NCBI RefSeq assembly: GCF_018977255.1
Contig: NW_024704742.1
Location: 40,364,001 to 40,428,000, forward strand
DNA length: 64,000 nucleotides
Source: Callorhinchus milii
Taxonomy: Eukaryota
Reading direction: 5' to 3'
Every line of letters begins with the position of its first letter. The stretch's first letter is position 1. Below, in pieces: positions 1-11,435 of the stretch. The notes beneath the pieces are model-generated. The model saw nothing but the letters and a program-made list of their open reading frames with translations, was not told the DNA's origin and did not search any database. Both the position numbers and the translations under genes were made by a program.

Positions 1-3000
1 AAGTTTTGAATGAGCTGGATCTTGGGAATGGTGGAGCTGAGGAGACCAGCGAGGAGTGCGTTGGAGTAATCCAAGCGGGAGGTCACAAGCGCTTGCACAA
101 GGGTTTTGGCTGCATTTGAGGTAAAGTACGGTCAGGGGCGGGCAATGTGGTGGAAGTGGAGGAAGGCAATCCTGGTCAGGGACCCGGATGTGGGGGAGGA
201 AGGACAGTTGGGAATCGAACCGGATGCCTAGGTTGTGCACTGGTTCGGTGAGCCTGAGGGAGAGCCCAGGGAGGTTGAGGAGTTTAGATCCACAGGAATG
301 AAGATGTTGATGGGAGCCAAGGAGTATGGCTTCCGTCTTGTCCATATTCAGTTGCAGAAAGTTTACTGATCCAGGCCTTGATGTCTGCCAGACAAGCTGA
401 TAGAACATCGGCGGACCTGGAGTTGGTACTGGAGGAGGCAAAATAGATTTGTGTGTAATCCGCATACATGCTTCCATGTTTACCCCGTGTCTGCGGATGA
501 CATTGCCCAGAGGGAGCATATAGATTGGGAAAAGAAGAGGGCCAAGGATGGAGCCCTGGGGTACCCCACAGGTGACCGGGTGGGGGGCAGGAGGAGAAAC
601 CATTTGCTGAGATGAAATGGAGGCAGTTGATTAAGTAGGACTTGAACCATGCAAGTGATGTCCCACGAAGGTGGATGAGGGAGGAGAGGCGGTGGAGGAG
701 GATGGCGTGGTTGACTGTGTCGAACATGGCAGAGAGATCCAGGAGGACAAGGAGGCAGAGGGAGCCCTGGTCACAGATAGAGAGAATGCCAATTGTGACT
801 TTAACAAGTGCTGTCTCTGTGTTGTGGGCAGAGCGATAACCAGACTGCAGGGCCTCGAGGAGGGAGAGGTGTGACTGAAGTTGACCTGCAACAATGCATT
901 CCAGGACTTTGGCAAGGAAGGGCAGGTTGGAGATGGGATGGTAGTGTGAGAGATTAGAGGGATCGAGGGTGGTGTTTTTGAGGAGGGGTGTGATGACAGC
1001 GGTTTTCAGGGGGAGTGGAACAGAGCCTGAGCAGAGAGACTGGTTGATCATGTCGGCCAGCAGGGGGGCGAGAAGGGGAAATTGAGTGACCAGCAGCTGG
1101 GTGGGGAGGGGGACAAGGTAGCAGGTGGTGGACTTCACCCGGGTGGAGGGAGAAGGTGGATGATCTGGGTGGGCTGGAAGGGGACATGTGGGGGGAGGAC
1201 AATGCAGCCAAGTGGATGTTTTCAATTTTTGAGGTAAAAAAGTCTAGGACCTCTTCACACTTGACGTTTGACATGAGGATGGAGGGGGTTTGAGGGGGAT
1301 GCACGGAGGAGGTGATGGGCGGTGGAAAACAGCGTCTTTGGATTGTTGTTTGCCTCCAGGATGACTTTGGAGTAAAAGTCAGCTTTGGCCTGTGATAGGG
1401 AGAGGCGGTATGTGTGGAGGTGCTCGAGCCACAGCTGGCAGTGAATCATGAGGCCATATTTCTGCCATCAGCGCTCGAGTGTCTAGGTTTGGGTTTTAAG
1501 TGAGCAGAGATGACTGTTGCACCAGGGGGAGCGGGTGGGTTTGGAAACAACCCTGGATTTCAGGGGAGCCAGGAAAATAAAGGTCGTGGAGAGACGGTCA
1601 TTCAGCAGTTTGACGGCTGCATCAGGATTGCTGCGGGTGGAGGGAGAGGAGGTCCGAGGAAGAGAGGGCATTTGTGAGGGACTCGGGGAAGCTTTTTCCA
1701 GGGGTGGAAAAAAATGTGGAGGGAGAGGGATGTGGGAGGAGAGGGAGATGAGGAAGTGGTCCAAGATGGCCTTGTCTGTGATTGACAGGTGGTAAATGTC
1801 AAGGCCATGTCTGATGACGAGGTTGACCGAGTGGCCATGGTTGTGGGTCGGCGAGTTGCTGTGGAGGGTGAGATTTAGGGAGGAGAGGAGGGCAGTGAAA
1901 TCTGAGGAGGTGGTGCAGGGGGAGTTTAGGTGGGGGTTGAAATCACCCATTATGAGCAGGTGTTCAGTGCAGAGGGACAGGGATGAGAGGAGAGAGGAGA
2001 TATTAGTGAGGAAGGAGCCAGGAGGTTTTAGGGGCTGGGGGGTGGTGAAATGGAGGATTTTGCATGAGAGAGAGAGAAGGAATGGTATAGGATGAAGTTT
2101 TCAAAGGAGGAGAAACAGCCAGAGGAATAGAAGGATAAACCAAGGGAAGTTTGGGAGATGAGGGCCACCCCACCGCCACGTTGTTTGGGGTGGGTGTGGT
2201 GAAAAGTGTAGCCAGGAGGGGAGGCTTCAATGAGGGGGATGGGGTCACCGGGGGAGAGCCAGGTTTCTGTAAGCCCAAGAATATCAATGTGCTCATCCAG
2301 GATGAGGGCATGGATAGTAAGGGCTTTGTTGGAGAGGGAGCGGATATTTTTGAGGGAAATGTGGATAGGTTTCCTGGTGGGGGGCAGTGATGGGGAAAGT
2401 GGCACAGAGAGAATTTGGGGAGAAGTGACCATGGAGTTTGAGGAGCAGGGAAAGTTGGAGAGAGTATGGATGAGGGAGGGGGAAGGGGTGTTTGCCTTTC
2501 GGAGGCGGTTGGTGTGGAGAGAATGAGCGATGGGACAGTTGGTGTGGCTGCTCTGGGACAACCAATGCCGGGAGCCGCGATGGGCCTGGATGCCCAGGCT
2601 GGAGCAGAGGGAGGAATGGTAGAGTCCAGGAGAGAAGAGAGAAGGTGAGGGGGACAGTGGAAGAGAAGGACAGGGTGGGAGTAGTGGATTGTGGGGGGTG
2701 GAAACATTTTCAGGGAGAGCGGCTTGAGTCAGAGCGGCAGCCAAAACATGCACAAGGAGACCGGGAGCGAGCTATCAGCAGGGCAGCATCAGCCTTAGGG
2801 CTATGGGAGAAAGCGCGGTGGGGGGAGAGGAGAAATGGTTTAAGTGCCAGAGACCGGGAGGGGAGGGAGGACAAGGTAGCAGAAGGATAGTAGAATATAC
2901 ACTATACTTACCCTATCCTGGCGGGTTTGACAAAGGCGCCAGGAAGTGATGTCCGGCAGAGAGATTCGACCTATTTTCAGGCGGGGATTTTGAAATGGCG

Positions 3001-3060
3001 GTTCCGTGCCTGAAACAGCAGAAACCTTTGCCTCGCCGGTCAAACTAATGACACAAACTA
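1..3060 (-). mobile_element. L2-clade LINE (family A), near full-length at its 5' end, frameshifted; the 3' part runs off the window start
   Basis: APE endonuclease motifs in ORF 2028-2753 (NIRSL, ILGLTETW, RGGGVA) and ORF 1483-1950 (MGDFN). RT motifs in ORF 284-1225 (PISNLPFLAKVLE, QSGYR..HNTETAL, LLDLSAMFDTVNH, MYAD). CpG-rich leader at ~2890-3060. Confidence 0.92.
2904..3005 (-). promoter_or_regulatory. Candidate Pol II promoter / first exon: YY1 (CCGCCATTT), GC box, ETS motif, followed by a G|GTAAGTAT splice donor
   Basis: Plus strand shows aaatggcgg at 2993-3001, ggcgggg at 2980-2986, caggaagtg at 2940-2948 and atacttac at 2904-2911, with CpGs retained locally. Confidence 0.45.
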
Positions 3061-3559
3061 GTAGCACTTAACTAGTGTTAGTAAATTAAAAAACAATCTT
3101 GACTTGGAGCTAGTCCCTCTCGAGTCTTGCATGTACCTAGAAAAAAGCTGTAAATGTTCAGCAAAAAAGCCATAGATTTAACATCCTTCTTAGGAAAAAA
3201 AGCTCTTAGAAGTAAAAAGCAAGTTTTCCACAGTATATATTTTAAGCAATTTTGGCGACTAAAAACATTGTAATAACCAAATAACAAAGGTAAAGAATTC
3301 TTTCCTGAAATGTGTCTGAAAATCAGATAATTATGGTACTGCAACCATTCTATTTCACATTAAAAATGTTAAATACCTAATATGTTTAATTTAATGCACT
3401 CATTCTTGTTTCAGCTTGAAATCATAGCATGCACTCTTGCCATCCTTAAGAGATTGCAGTAGATTTGTTTAAAAAGCAGTAGATTTTTAGTGGTATAAAT
3501 TTTAAACGGGTTCCAGAACAACAGGTGCTTATCTCTCTGCATACCAATCAAGGTGGAAT

Positions 3560-3781
3560 CCAGTATTGGATGTATGAGTGTGTGCTCATGAACCCAGACT
3601 CTAGTTTAGAGCTTGACAGATTTTAATACAACTGACCTGTAGTAATATAATAATTTAGTATTAAAGGATTCTGTACAGAGCCCTAGTATATCATTCAGTC
3701 GAGATCATAAGCATCAAGTTGATATTAAAGATCCCATGGCACTATTCGAAAAGAAAGAGGAGTTTCTCCCCTGTCCTGGCC
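3560..3781 (+). mobile_element. Deu-domain SINE fragment (SacSINE1-like)
   Basis: gatattaaagatcccatggcactattcgaa...gagtttctcccctgtcctggcc matches the Deu core seen in the full copies at 19398 and 38528. Confidence 0.7.
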
Positions 3782-4140
3782 AGCTCCAGATAATCCTGAC
3801 AGATCCTATCACCACTAAGGATATCTGCTGCTGACAGAAAGAAAGTTAAGAGATCCTATGATCATAAAGATGAAAATTGCAACTCTGTCACATTAATTAA
3901 CCACAAGTTCATATACAGCCTGTGTTTCCTTGCTCTTTTTGGTCTGTGCTGCCATATTTAATAACCTGAATATCTGCACACCTCTATTTTTCCATTCCAT
4001 TTAAAATCCTTGCCATTTAAGAGGCTTCAGTGTCCCGATTCTCTATCTTGGCATTAAACATGGGCCTGTCTGCCCACCCTGTCAATGTGTCTGTCTCCAT
4101 GTGCATTATTCACAGGTTAACCTACTTGGTATCCAGGAAA
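3782..4140 (-). repeat. Copy A of a degenerate local multi-copy unit (exon-intron-exon-like)
   Basis: Aligns by eye with 4692-4808, 8480-8650 and 9350-9760. Shared words include atcataaagatgaaaattg and atttaaaatcctt(g/a)ccatttaagaggc. Confidence 0.8.
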
Positions 4141-4247
4141 ATGTTAACATTGATTCCTCAATATGAGAATCAGGAAATTAGTAACGTATTAGAGCAACTT
4201 TTTCTGCCTCTTGACACTCGCGAGATTAAATAGAATCAGAGAATGGT

Positions 4248-4558
4248 CAACAACAACTTGCAGGTACTGAGGAAGGAAACGGCAAGGCCATGGAGGGCCT
4301 TGAAGACGAGGATTTTGAACTCTCCTCTGAGGGGTGGGGAGCCGGGCGAGGGTTGAGGTTGATGGGATCACAGAGCCTGTTGTGGGAGAGGACATGAGCT
4401 GCAGAGTTCTGAACGACCTGCAACTTGTGTAGGGAAGAGTTGGAAAGGCCGACAAGCAGGGAGATGGCGTAGTCGAGCCTAGATCTGATAAATGCATGGA
4501 TGACGGTTTTGGCAGCCTGAGAGGTAAGGCAGTTGCGGAGCCAGGCAAAGTCACGGAG
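4248..4558 (-). mobile_element. L2 3' RT fragment
   Basis: Minus strand reads ...LHKLQVVQNSAAHVL... type sequence next to a (caa)n tail. Confidence 0.85.
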
Positions 4559-4691
4559 TATAGTGATAAAATGAACTATTGATTTAACCCATCAATAGTC
4601 TCGTCCTATGAACCGGACTATTTGTTTAAACGGAAATTCTATCTGATGTGCGTTAATGAATTTAAATGCTGCAGTACTTTCTATTTAGTTG

Positions 4692-4808
4692 ATTTAAAAT
4701 CCTTACCATTTAAGAGGCTTTAATGTTCCGATTCTCCATCTTGGCATTAACCATGGGCATGTCTGCCCCTCTGCCAATCTGTCTGTCTCCATGTGCAGTA
4801 TTCACAGC
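4692..4808 (-). repeat. Copy B of the local multi-copy unit (donor-side segment)
   Basis: Close match to 3999-4115; GTAAG donor at 4706 on the minus strand. Confidence 0.85.
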
Positions 4809-4954
4809 TTGCAATGTATTGTTGCTGTTGATTTGAATTCAGTAATAAAGAGCATTTGCTGACAAAAAAAAATCACTTTACAGTATTTATGACATTTACA
4901 AATTTAAACAAAACCCAAGAAGATAACATGTTAGTTAAATGGCACAATACAATA

Positions 4955-5290
4955 CAAAATTACAATTGTAAAGCACCTTTCACGTTAGGAGGATGTCGCA
5001 AGGCGCTGGACAGTCAGAGATTTGGACCCGGGGGTTGGGATCAGGGTGAGTGGAGGGAGGGTAGGAAGGTGGTTGAAGGCTCAATCGAATAGGAGGGTTT
5101 TGAGACGTGCCTTGAAAGGGGGCAAGGGAGGGAGGCGAAGGGAATGTGGAATGGCGTTTCAAAGGGCGGGGCAGAGAGGCTGAAGGCCCAACCACCAATA
5201 GTGGGGCGGGCTGGGTGGGAGATGTGGAGCAGAGATATCGGCTCCCGATCGGAGGGAACGGACAGGTTGACATGGGGTCAGCAGGTCACA
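4955..5290 (-). mobile_element. L2 3' end fragment
   Basis: Terminal stem-loop (agcgccttg...gaaaggtgct on minus) and PTIGGWAF-type coding tail. Confidence 0.85.
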
Positions 5291-5604
5291 GCAGTAAAGT
5301 ATTATCACCTGATTATTTTGTGAGCATTTTTAAATTAATACATTTCTTGATTCTCATTCGGGTATTTGCGTACCCTAAACCTACAACAGATACTGACAAA
5401 CGGTGTCCTAGGCTGTTCCTCTTGTTCTTTCCCAACCATTGGACTCTGATTCATTATTCAGACTTAAGAGAAGAAACAGTAGGAAGTTGCCAATGATAAG
5501 AACACTCAACATTTTCACCCACACACTTTAGGACTCACTCTGGCAGCAGTGTCAGCCCTGGTCTGTCTTCTCTTCACTCCTTTCCACCTTAAAACTAAGT
5601 GCAA

Positions 5605-7720
5605 AGAACAACAAAATTACATTTATAGAGCGCCTTTCATGTCGGGAGGACATCCCAAAGCGCTGGACAGTCGGGTGTCGGGGCCCGAGCATGGGGGAGG
5701 GGTGGTGTAGGGGTGAGGGAAGGCAGAGAAGTGGGAGGGTGACCAAAGGCATGATCGAAGAGAAGGGTCTTGAGACCGTCCTTGAAGGCGGCAAGGGAGG
5801 AGGCGAGGCAAAGGGACCAAGGGATGGAATTCCAGAGTGTGCGGACAGAGAGGCTGAAATCCCGGCCTCCGATGGTAGGGCAGGTCGGGCAGGAGACATG
5901 GAGCAGGCCGGAGCCCGCTGAACGGAGGGAGCGGGCAGGCTGGTATGGAATCAGCAGGTCAGAGAGGTAGGAGGGGGCAAGTCCATGGATGGCCTTAAAG
6001 GTGAGGATGAGGATCTTGCACTCGATCCTCTGGGAGATGCGGAGCCAGTGGAGTCGGGCGAGGGTGGGAGTGATGGGGTCGCGGAGCCTGGTGAGTGAGA
6101 GTACACGAGCTGCAGAGTTTTGGATGATCTGCAGCTTGTGAAGGGAAGAGTTGGGAAGGCCGATGAGGAGGGAGTTCCTGTAATTGAGCCTTGATGTGAC
6201 GAATGCATAAGTGAGGATTTTGGCAGCCTCAGGGGTGAGGCAGTGGCAGTCATGGCAATTACAACATCAAACTTACCACAATCCAGCACATAAACAAGTT
6301 GTGGAGTCTGGCAGTGTTGCGGAGATGGTGGTAGGCAGTGCCGGTCATGGTGCGGATGTAGAGGAGAAAGGACAGTTCAGGATCAAACAAGATACCCAGG
6401 TTCCTGACTGGTTTAGTGATGTTGAGTGTGCAGCCGTGGAGGCTGATGCTGCCAGTGCCTGAGGTGCGGAGGCGCTGGCGCGAGCCAATCAAGAGGGCCT
6501 CGGTCTTGCTGACGTTGAGTTGGAGACAGTTGGCCTTCGTCCAGGACTTGATGTCAGACAGGCAGTCGGTCAGGACGTCAGTAGTCCTGGAGTTCAGGGT
6601 GGAAGCAGAGAGGTAGAGTTGGGTGTCATCCGCACACATGTGGAAATTTACCCCATGTCTGCGGATGACGTCACCAATGGGGAGCATGTAGAGGGTGAAG
6701 AGGAGGGGACCGAGGACAGAGCCCTGAGGAACATCGCACGAGACAATGCGGGGCTGAAGGAGAAGCTGTTTGCCGCGACAAAGTGGAGGCGGTGTGAAAG
6801 GTAGGACCTGAACCAGTCAAAGACAGAACTTTGAAGGTTAAGGTGGGAGGAGAGGAGGTGGAGGAGAATTCAATGGTCCACGGTGTCAAAAGCAGCGGAG
6901 AGGTCGAGGAGGACGAGGAAGCAGAGGGATCCCTGGTCACACAAGGTCAGGATGTCGTTTGTGACCTTGAGAGCAGTTTCCGTGCTGTGGGCAGCATTGA
7001 AACCCGATTGGAGGGGTTCATGGAGGGAGTGAGAGGAGAGGAAAGAGCGAAACTGGGAGGCAACGGCTCTCTCAAGGACCTTGGATAGTAAGGGGAGATT
7101 TGAGATGGGCCGATAGCTGGATAGCTGTGATGGATCAAGGGAAGGTTTCTTCAAGGTGGGGGTGATAGTGGTTGTTTTGAGGGGGGAAGGAACAGTGCCA
7201 GATGACAAAGAGAGGTTAATGATGTCGGTGAGTAGTGGGGCAAGAAGGTGGCGCTGAGATTTAAGGAGAGGGGTGGGGATGGGGTCTAGAGAGCAGGTGG
7301 TGGGCTTCATGGAGGTTATAAAATAATAATAATAATCCTTGCATTTGATATAGTGCTTTTCACGTCTTCGAGACTTCTCAAAGCGCTTCACAGAATATGC
7401 TGTAAAGTGAGTTGACTGTATATTTGTGGGCAAAACGCGGCAGCCAATTGCGCACAGCAGTGTCCCACAAACAGTCCCGGATTGAAAATGACCAATTTAT
7501 TATTGTTTTGTTTATTATTGTTTTGTTTTTTGGAGGTTTTTATTATTAGGCATGTGGAGTAAGGAAACTTGACCAAGGTTTTGCCCTGACCTGCCAGGAA
7601 TTGAACCCAGGTGTCTAGCAAGGCGAGTGCTCAAACTGCTGAGCTACAGGACTCCGAGGTTACAGTGGTAAAGACAGAGGAGGGGGTGACAGGTTGAAAG
7701 GTGCGGAAGGAAGGATGGGT
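5605..7720 (-). mobile_element. L2 LINE (family B), 5'-truncated, interrupted by a SINE at 7322-7655
   Basis: RT motifs in ORFs 6870-7433 and 6259-6687 ([29 protein letters not shown]); 3' stem-loop at ~5628-5665 and (caa)n tail. Confidence 0.95.
7322..7655 (-). mobile_element. Full-length tRNA-derived chimeric SINE (tRNA/CORE-like head + Deu 3' part + L2-type tail) with TSD gaggtta
   Basis: Head ggagtcctgtagctcagcag...ggttcaattcc on minus; (att)n tail; gaggtta at 7312-7318 and 7656-7662. Confidence 0.9.
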
Positions 7721-7829
7721 ATCACCAAATAAGAGCATCAGCATCACTGAAAAACTCTGCAGGGACTTATATTGACAAATAATTCTTAGAATTATACCTT
7801 TATATCTTTATACCTTCGTAATACATCAA

Positions 7830-8330
7830 TTCATCTCTAAAGCCCTTTACGACAAAATGCTGTAGTATAGTGACTGCTTTTGAAAGCAAAACTCCAATTG
7901 TTTTGCATACAGTGAGGTCCCACAAAACCACAATGTTAATGAACGCTAAGCATCTGGAGGATTATTGGCCAGCATACAGGAAGAAACTCTTTTCAAATAG
8001 CATTTTGAATACATACACGTATACCTGAACAGGCAGACGGGACCGAGTGTTAATGTCTCATCGTAATGACAGCACGTTTGACAATGCAGTGCTCTCCTGG
8101 AACTTGGTTGGAGTGTCAGCCCATACTGAATTCTGCTGTGGGTCAGCAATGTTTCCACTGCAACCCTTTGACGGCCCAATCCATACTATAGGATGGTTTA
8201 ACATCTCTGACTATGAAGCACACTCCTAACACCGTATTGGAGTATCAGCCTTGACTATGAGAGTTCCAAATCCTAATTGGGGGTTGAACCCACAACTTTC
8301 TAACTCGGAGGCAAAAGTGCCACCAAGCAA
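7830..8330 (-). mobile_element. Deu-domain SINE (SacSINE1-like), degraded
   Basis: acctgaacaggcagacggg...aatgtctcatc...gacagcac...ggagtgtcagcc and the tRNA-like head ttgaacccacaactttctaactcggaggc. Confidence 0.8.
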
Positions 8331-8479
8331 ATCTCATTTCCCTGTCTTTTCCACACTTTCTGTCTGGGTATCTAGCCATCTCCCATTGAAACTTCTCAAA
8401 CAATTCTGGCTCTCCAAGCCCTTGGGCAGGACCGGATGTCGTAGGCCTCATCTTCTTAAGAAATGTAGTCTGGAGTGAC

Positions 8480-8650
8480 TCGGGGTGGGCTCATGGTGTC
8501 AGCCCCTCTGACGTAATGGAACCAACCATTCCTCCTGTTCTTCCAGTTCCAAATACTCCTGGCATATTCCCCATCTTCGCTGGATACCTCTGCAGCTGAC
8601 AAAAAGAGACCCCGGAATCATAAGGATGAAAATTGAAACATCCGACATTT
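8480..8650 (-). repeat. Copy C of the local multi-copy unit (acceptor-side segment)
   Basis: Acceptor tttttgtcAG at 8596-8597 (minus) followed by ICQEYLEL, homologous to ICQDYLEL in copy A; shared atcataaggatgaaaattg. Confidence 0.75.
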
Positions 8651-9349
8651 TTCAACAAATAAGGAATACGAATGCCACAAACAGCAGTTTTACTGTCTGA
8701 ACATCACCCATGCTCAGTGAATATTGAGTTTTCAATATTCGGATCTGGGAATACTAAAATCATCAAACAAAATAATGAAATCCCAGAACGTGAATGAGAC
8801 GAAACTGGCCGAACTGTCCATCCAGTCTGTGCTATTTTTTCATGCGAGCCTCCAACCATATAATATTCCTCTTTCTCAAGCACTTTTCGTCAAAATTAGA
8901 CCGTTTCTGTCTAAGATCCAGTTTGTGGCGGAAAATTCCACATTTCCGCCACCTTGCGTGCATAGTTCTCATTAGTGAATCAGGCTTCTATTGGAGATCT
9001 TTCCATTGGAGACCTTTGAAGAAACAATGGCTGAAATGCTACTTGTCCTTACGTGTAGTGACATTGATGGGATGGAAATCCCTTTAGATTACGACCTAGT
9101 CAATTTTATTTCACTATTTTCAGCGTCTGCCTGATCACTTCACCAGCAATTAAACAGCATTGAAGTGAAGGGACTTTAAAATGATATATTTCTGTAGCTC
9201 CTCATTTATTTCTAAATTCCAGGATTAAGTTGCAACTCACATGGGGTATACTGGGTGCACAGGCTTGGGAGCATATGGGTGAGCATGTGTTTACCAGTCT
9301 CAAATGTCATCAACGGTTGAACCTGTTCCAGGGTCAGGAAGTGAGATAA

Positions 9350-9760
9350 TCTGAAGGAACGCAGATCGTATCAACTCCTCCAATGTAATAAGAGCTGGCG
9401 TGGTTGGTGTCCCATCCACCTGCTTCTCTCCTAGCTCTGGACATTCCTAATACCCTCGTCCCCTCTCTGCTACCAATATAAAGAAAACAATAAGTGATTC
9501 TAGAATCACAAGTATGAAAATTACAATGTCTGGCATGTTAATCATAGATAGACAACCTCTGTTTCCTGGTTACCTTTTTTCCTTGCCACAGCCAATGACC
9601 TAAGTATCTGTACACGAAGGTACCTCTGTTCCATTTAAAACCTTACCAATTGAGAGGCAATCCTGTCCCTGTTCTCACACCACTTTGCTATTTTATCATT
9701 AAGTGATAAATACTACATCTCAGCCCACCCTGCCAGTCTATCTGTCGTGCAGTTATTACT
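9350..9760 (-). repeat. Copy D of the local multi-copy unit
   Basis: ccatttaaaaccttaccaattgagaggc (donor 9646), atcacaagtatgaaaattac and gcccaccctgccagtctatctgtc match copies A, B and C. Confidence 0.75.
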
Positions 9761-9786
9761 TTTATCCTAATTAAGGGAACGGTTCT

Positions 9787-10003
9787 TGTTATTTACCTCT
9801 TGGTTTAAGGAATTAATCCACGCACCAAATAAAAGCTACAATTTATTTTTCCTCAGCCCGAACAAGTTTGAGAAGATCCCATGTTGCTTCCAGACACATT
9901 CTACTGAGCATGTGCAAAACATTAAATATCCCCAGACTCAACTACCACAAATGAGCCATTCTCAGACTCTACCCTTATTACCATTAATACAGGGGACATT
10001 ACA
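9787..10003 (-). repeat. Direct-repeat segment, partner of 12290-12485; candidate 3' LTR (TGTAA...TAACA) or duplicated promoter/first exon
   Basis: Shares aaggaattaatcca, cctcagccc, gtgcaaaac.ttaaata..ccccagact and accacaa with 12290-12485. On minus it is preceded by the purine tract aaagtggggggagagaa. Confidence 0.6.
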
Positions 10004-10350
10004 GATTCTCTCCCCCCACTTTACCCTCAGACATCCTGATCAGGTGATAAAAGCAATATGAGATACACCTACCCCTCCATCCCCCCCCCACAAATCGAAT
10101 ACAATAAACTCATCACTCCAATGCAGTTGGGATATTCACTTGATGACTTAAGTGGTAGTGACAAGTTAAGCCAGGGTTGAGTTATCATGAGTTAACTGTA
10201 ATTGAAATTTGGAGACCATGTACATTTCATTCCAACAATTCATGCCACAAACCCTTCTGCCACCTTATCAAGTCTCCCTGTATGGTAAGAGTGTGTCCAT
10301 TTATTCCTACCACATGCCTCAGTGAATCTCAGAATGACAACACCTTAAAC

Positions 10351-10605
10351 CAGGGGTCTCCATCCGATCGATCACTGCTAGGTGGCGATATTGCACATGA
10401 TCAAAAAGACAAGAGGAAGAAGCATTAGAATGTCACAGTTATTTAGTCCAATTGAAAACAAATCACAGGCGCATGAAATATTTCATGCAACTCTAACTAA
10501 AATATAAACTTTGTTTAAATTGAGGTAAATATCGTCCTTTCTTCTCATTTTATTGACCATCTCTGAGACAGCACCTAGCAGCAATCGACCGGTTAGAGAC
10601 ACCTG
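10351..10605. mobile_element. Non-autonomous hAT (Charlie-like) DNA transposon / MITE, 255 bp
   Basis: Imperfect ~35-bp TIRs starting CAGG(G/T)GTCTC; exact 8-bp TSD ccttaaac at 10343-10350 and 10606-10613. Confidence 0.9.
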
Positions 10606-10959
10606 CCTTAAACCATAGTCATTTCCTCCACTTTAGTTGAGTGGTGTGGCCTAAGGAAGGTCTTGTTCCTACAGGGATGAACTCCAGTCATTCTTAGCAA
10701 AAAGACAAGGCTATTCTAAATCTCTTTCCATGAATTCTTAGAATGTCCCGAGAGCTCTCTTCCTCTTCTGCTGATTCATTTCCCAAGTGTGAAGCAGAGA
10801 GTCTTTCCTGATTTTACTTCCCATATTTTCACCCTCCTGGTATGACATGTCCTCATTTTCAAAGCAATCCAGGTTGAAGCCTTCACTTTCTAAATCCTCA
10901 GTATTATCTATTCTGGAACTATTCCACAAGTTGAATTTGATGGTTGGTGGAATTAGGGA

Positions 10960-11250
10960 AAGAGGGCATTAGGAACGACATTCTCCTTTTCTGGTCTGTA
11001 TATGATGTATGACCCAAAAGTCAAACTCAGATCATACACCTGAGTCAAGCAAAGGCACCACTGACTCAACCGTCCTAATACATTGAAGAACACTATGGTC
11101 CATTAGGACGATGAGGTGTGGGCCTTCCAAATAAGCTCTGTAGTGTTTAACTGCCAAATTACCCCAAATATTCGTTTCATGTTCCTGAAAATTTTCTCTG
11201 TGACTTTGATAGTGTCGAAGTGGACAAATGGGACCCTGTCCTGTTGACAA
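10960..11250 (-). mobile_element. Ty3/Gypsy LTR-retrotransposon pol relic (RNase H domain)
   Basis: With frameshifts it reads TLSKSQRKFSGT*NEYLG../LAVKHYRAYLEGPHLIVLMDHSVLQC...SEFDFWVI../YRPEKENVVPNAL. This matches the Gypsy pattern SRTL..AERNYS.TEKE.LA..WAVKHFR.YLEG..F...TDH..L.W...EFDF.I.YRPGK.NVVADAL. Confidence 0.88.
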
Positions 11251-11253
11251 ATT

Positions 11254-11435
11254 GGAGTCCTGTAGTGTAGTGGTTAGCGCACTCACCTCACAAGTGAGGA
11301 CCAGAGTTCGATTCCTGGCGGGGCAAACCCTCAGGCAAGTTCCCTTACTCCACATGCCTCTGTTCACCTAACAGTAAGTAGGAACCCTGTTGGTAGTCGA
11401 TTGGCAGATCGCTTTCCAGGCGGGGGTAATGGTTT
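11254..11435 (+). mobile_element. tRNA-Val-derived SINE with CORE-like body
   Basis: gtcctgtagtgtagtggttagcgcactcacctcacaagtgagg...gttcgattcc (A box, B box, CAC anticodon loop), then ggcaagttcccttactccacatgcctctgttcacc. Confidence 0.85.

Noticed and set aside
642..2890. Many Gly/Glu/Arg-rich plus-strand ORFs (also 35296, 36220, 37172, 59020)
   Set aside because: These are antisense shadows of C-rich L2 coding strands.
11254..11326. tRNA-Val gene (also 24828, 31361, 7655, 56648)
   Set aside because: The acceptor stem is degenerate and the sequence continues into SINE body; these are SINE heads.
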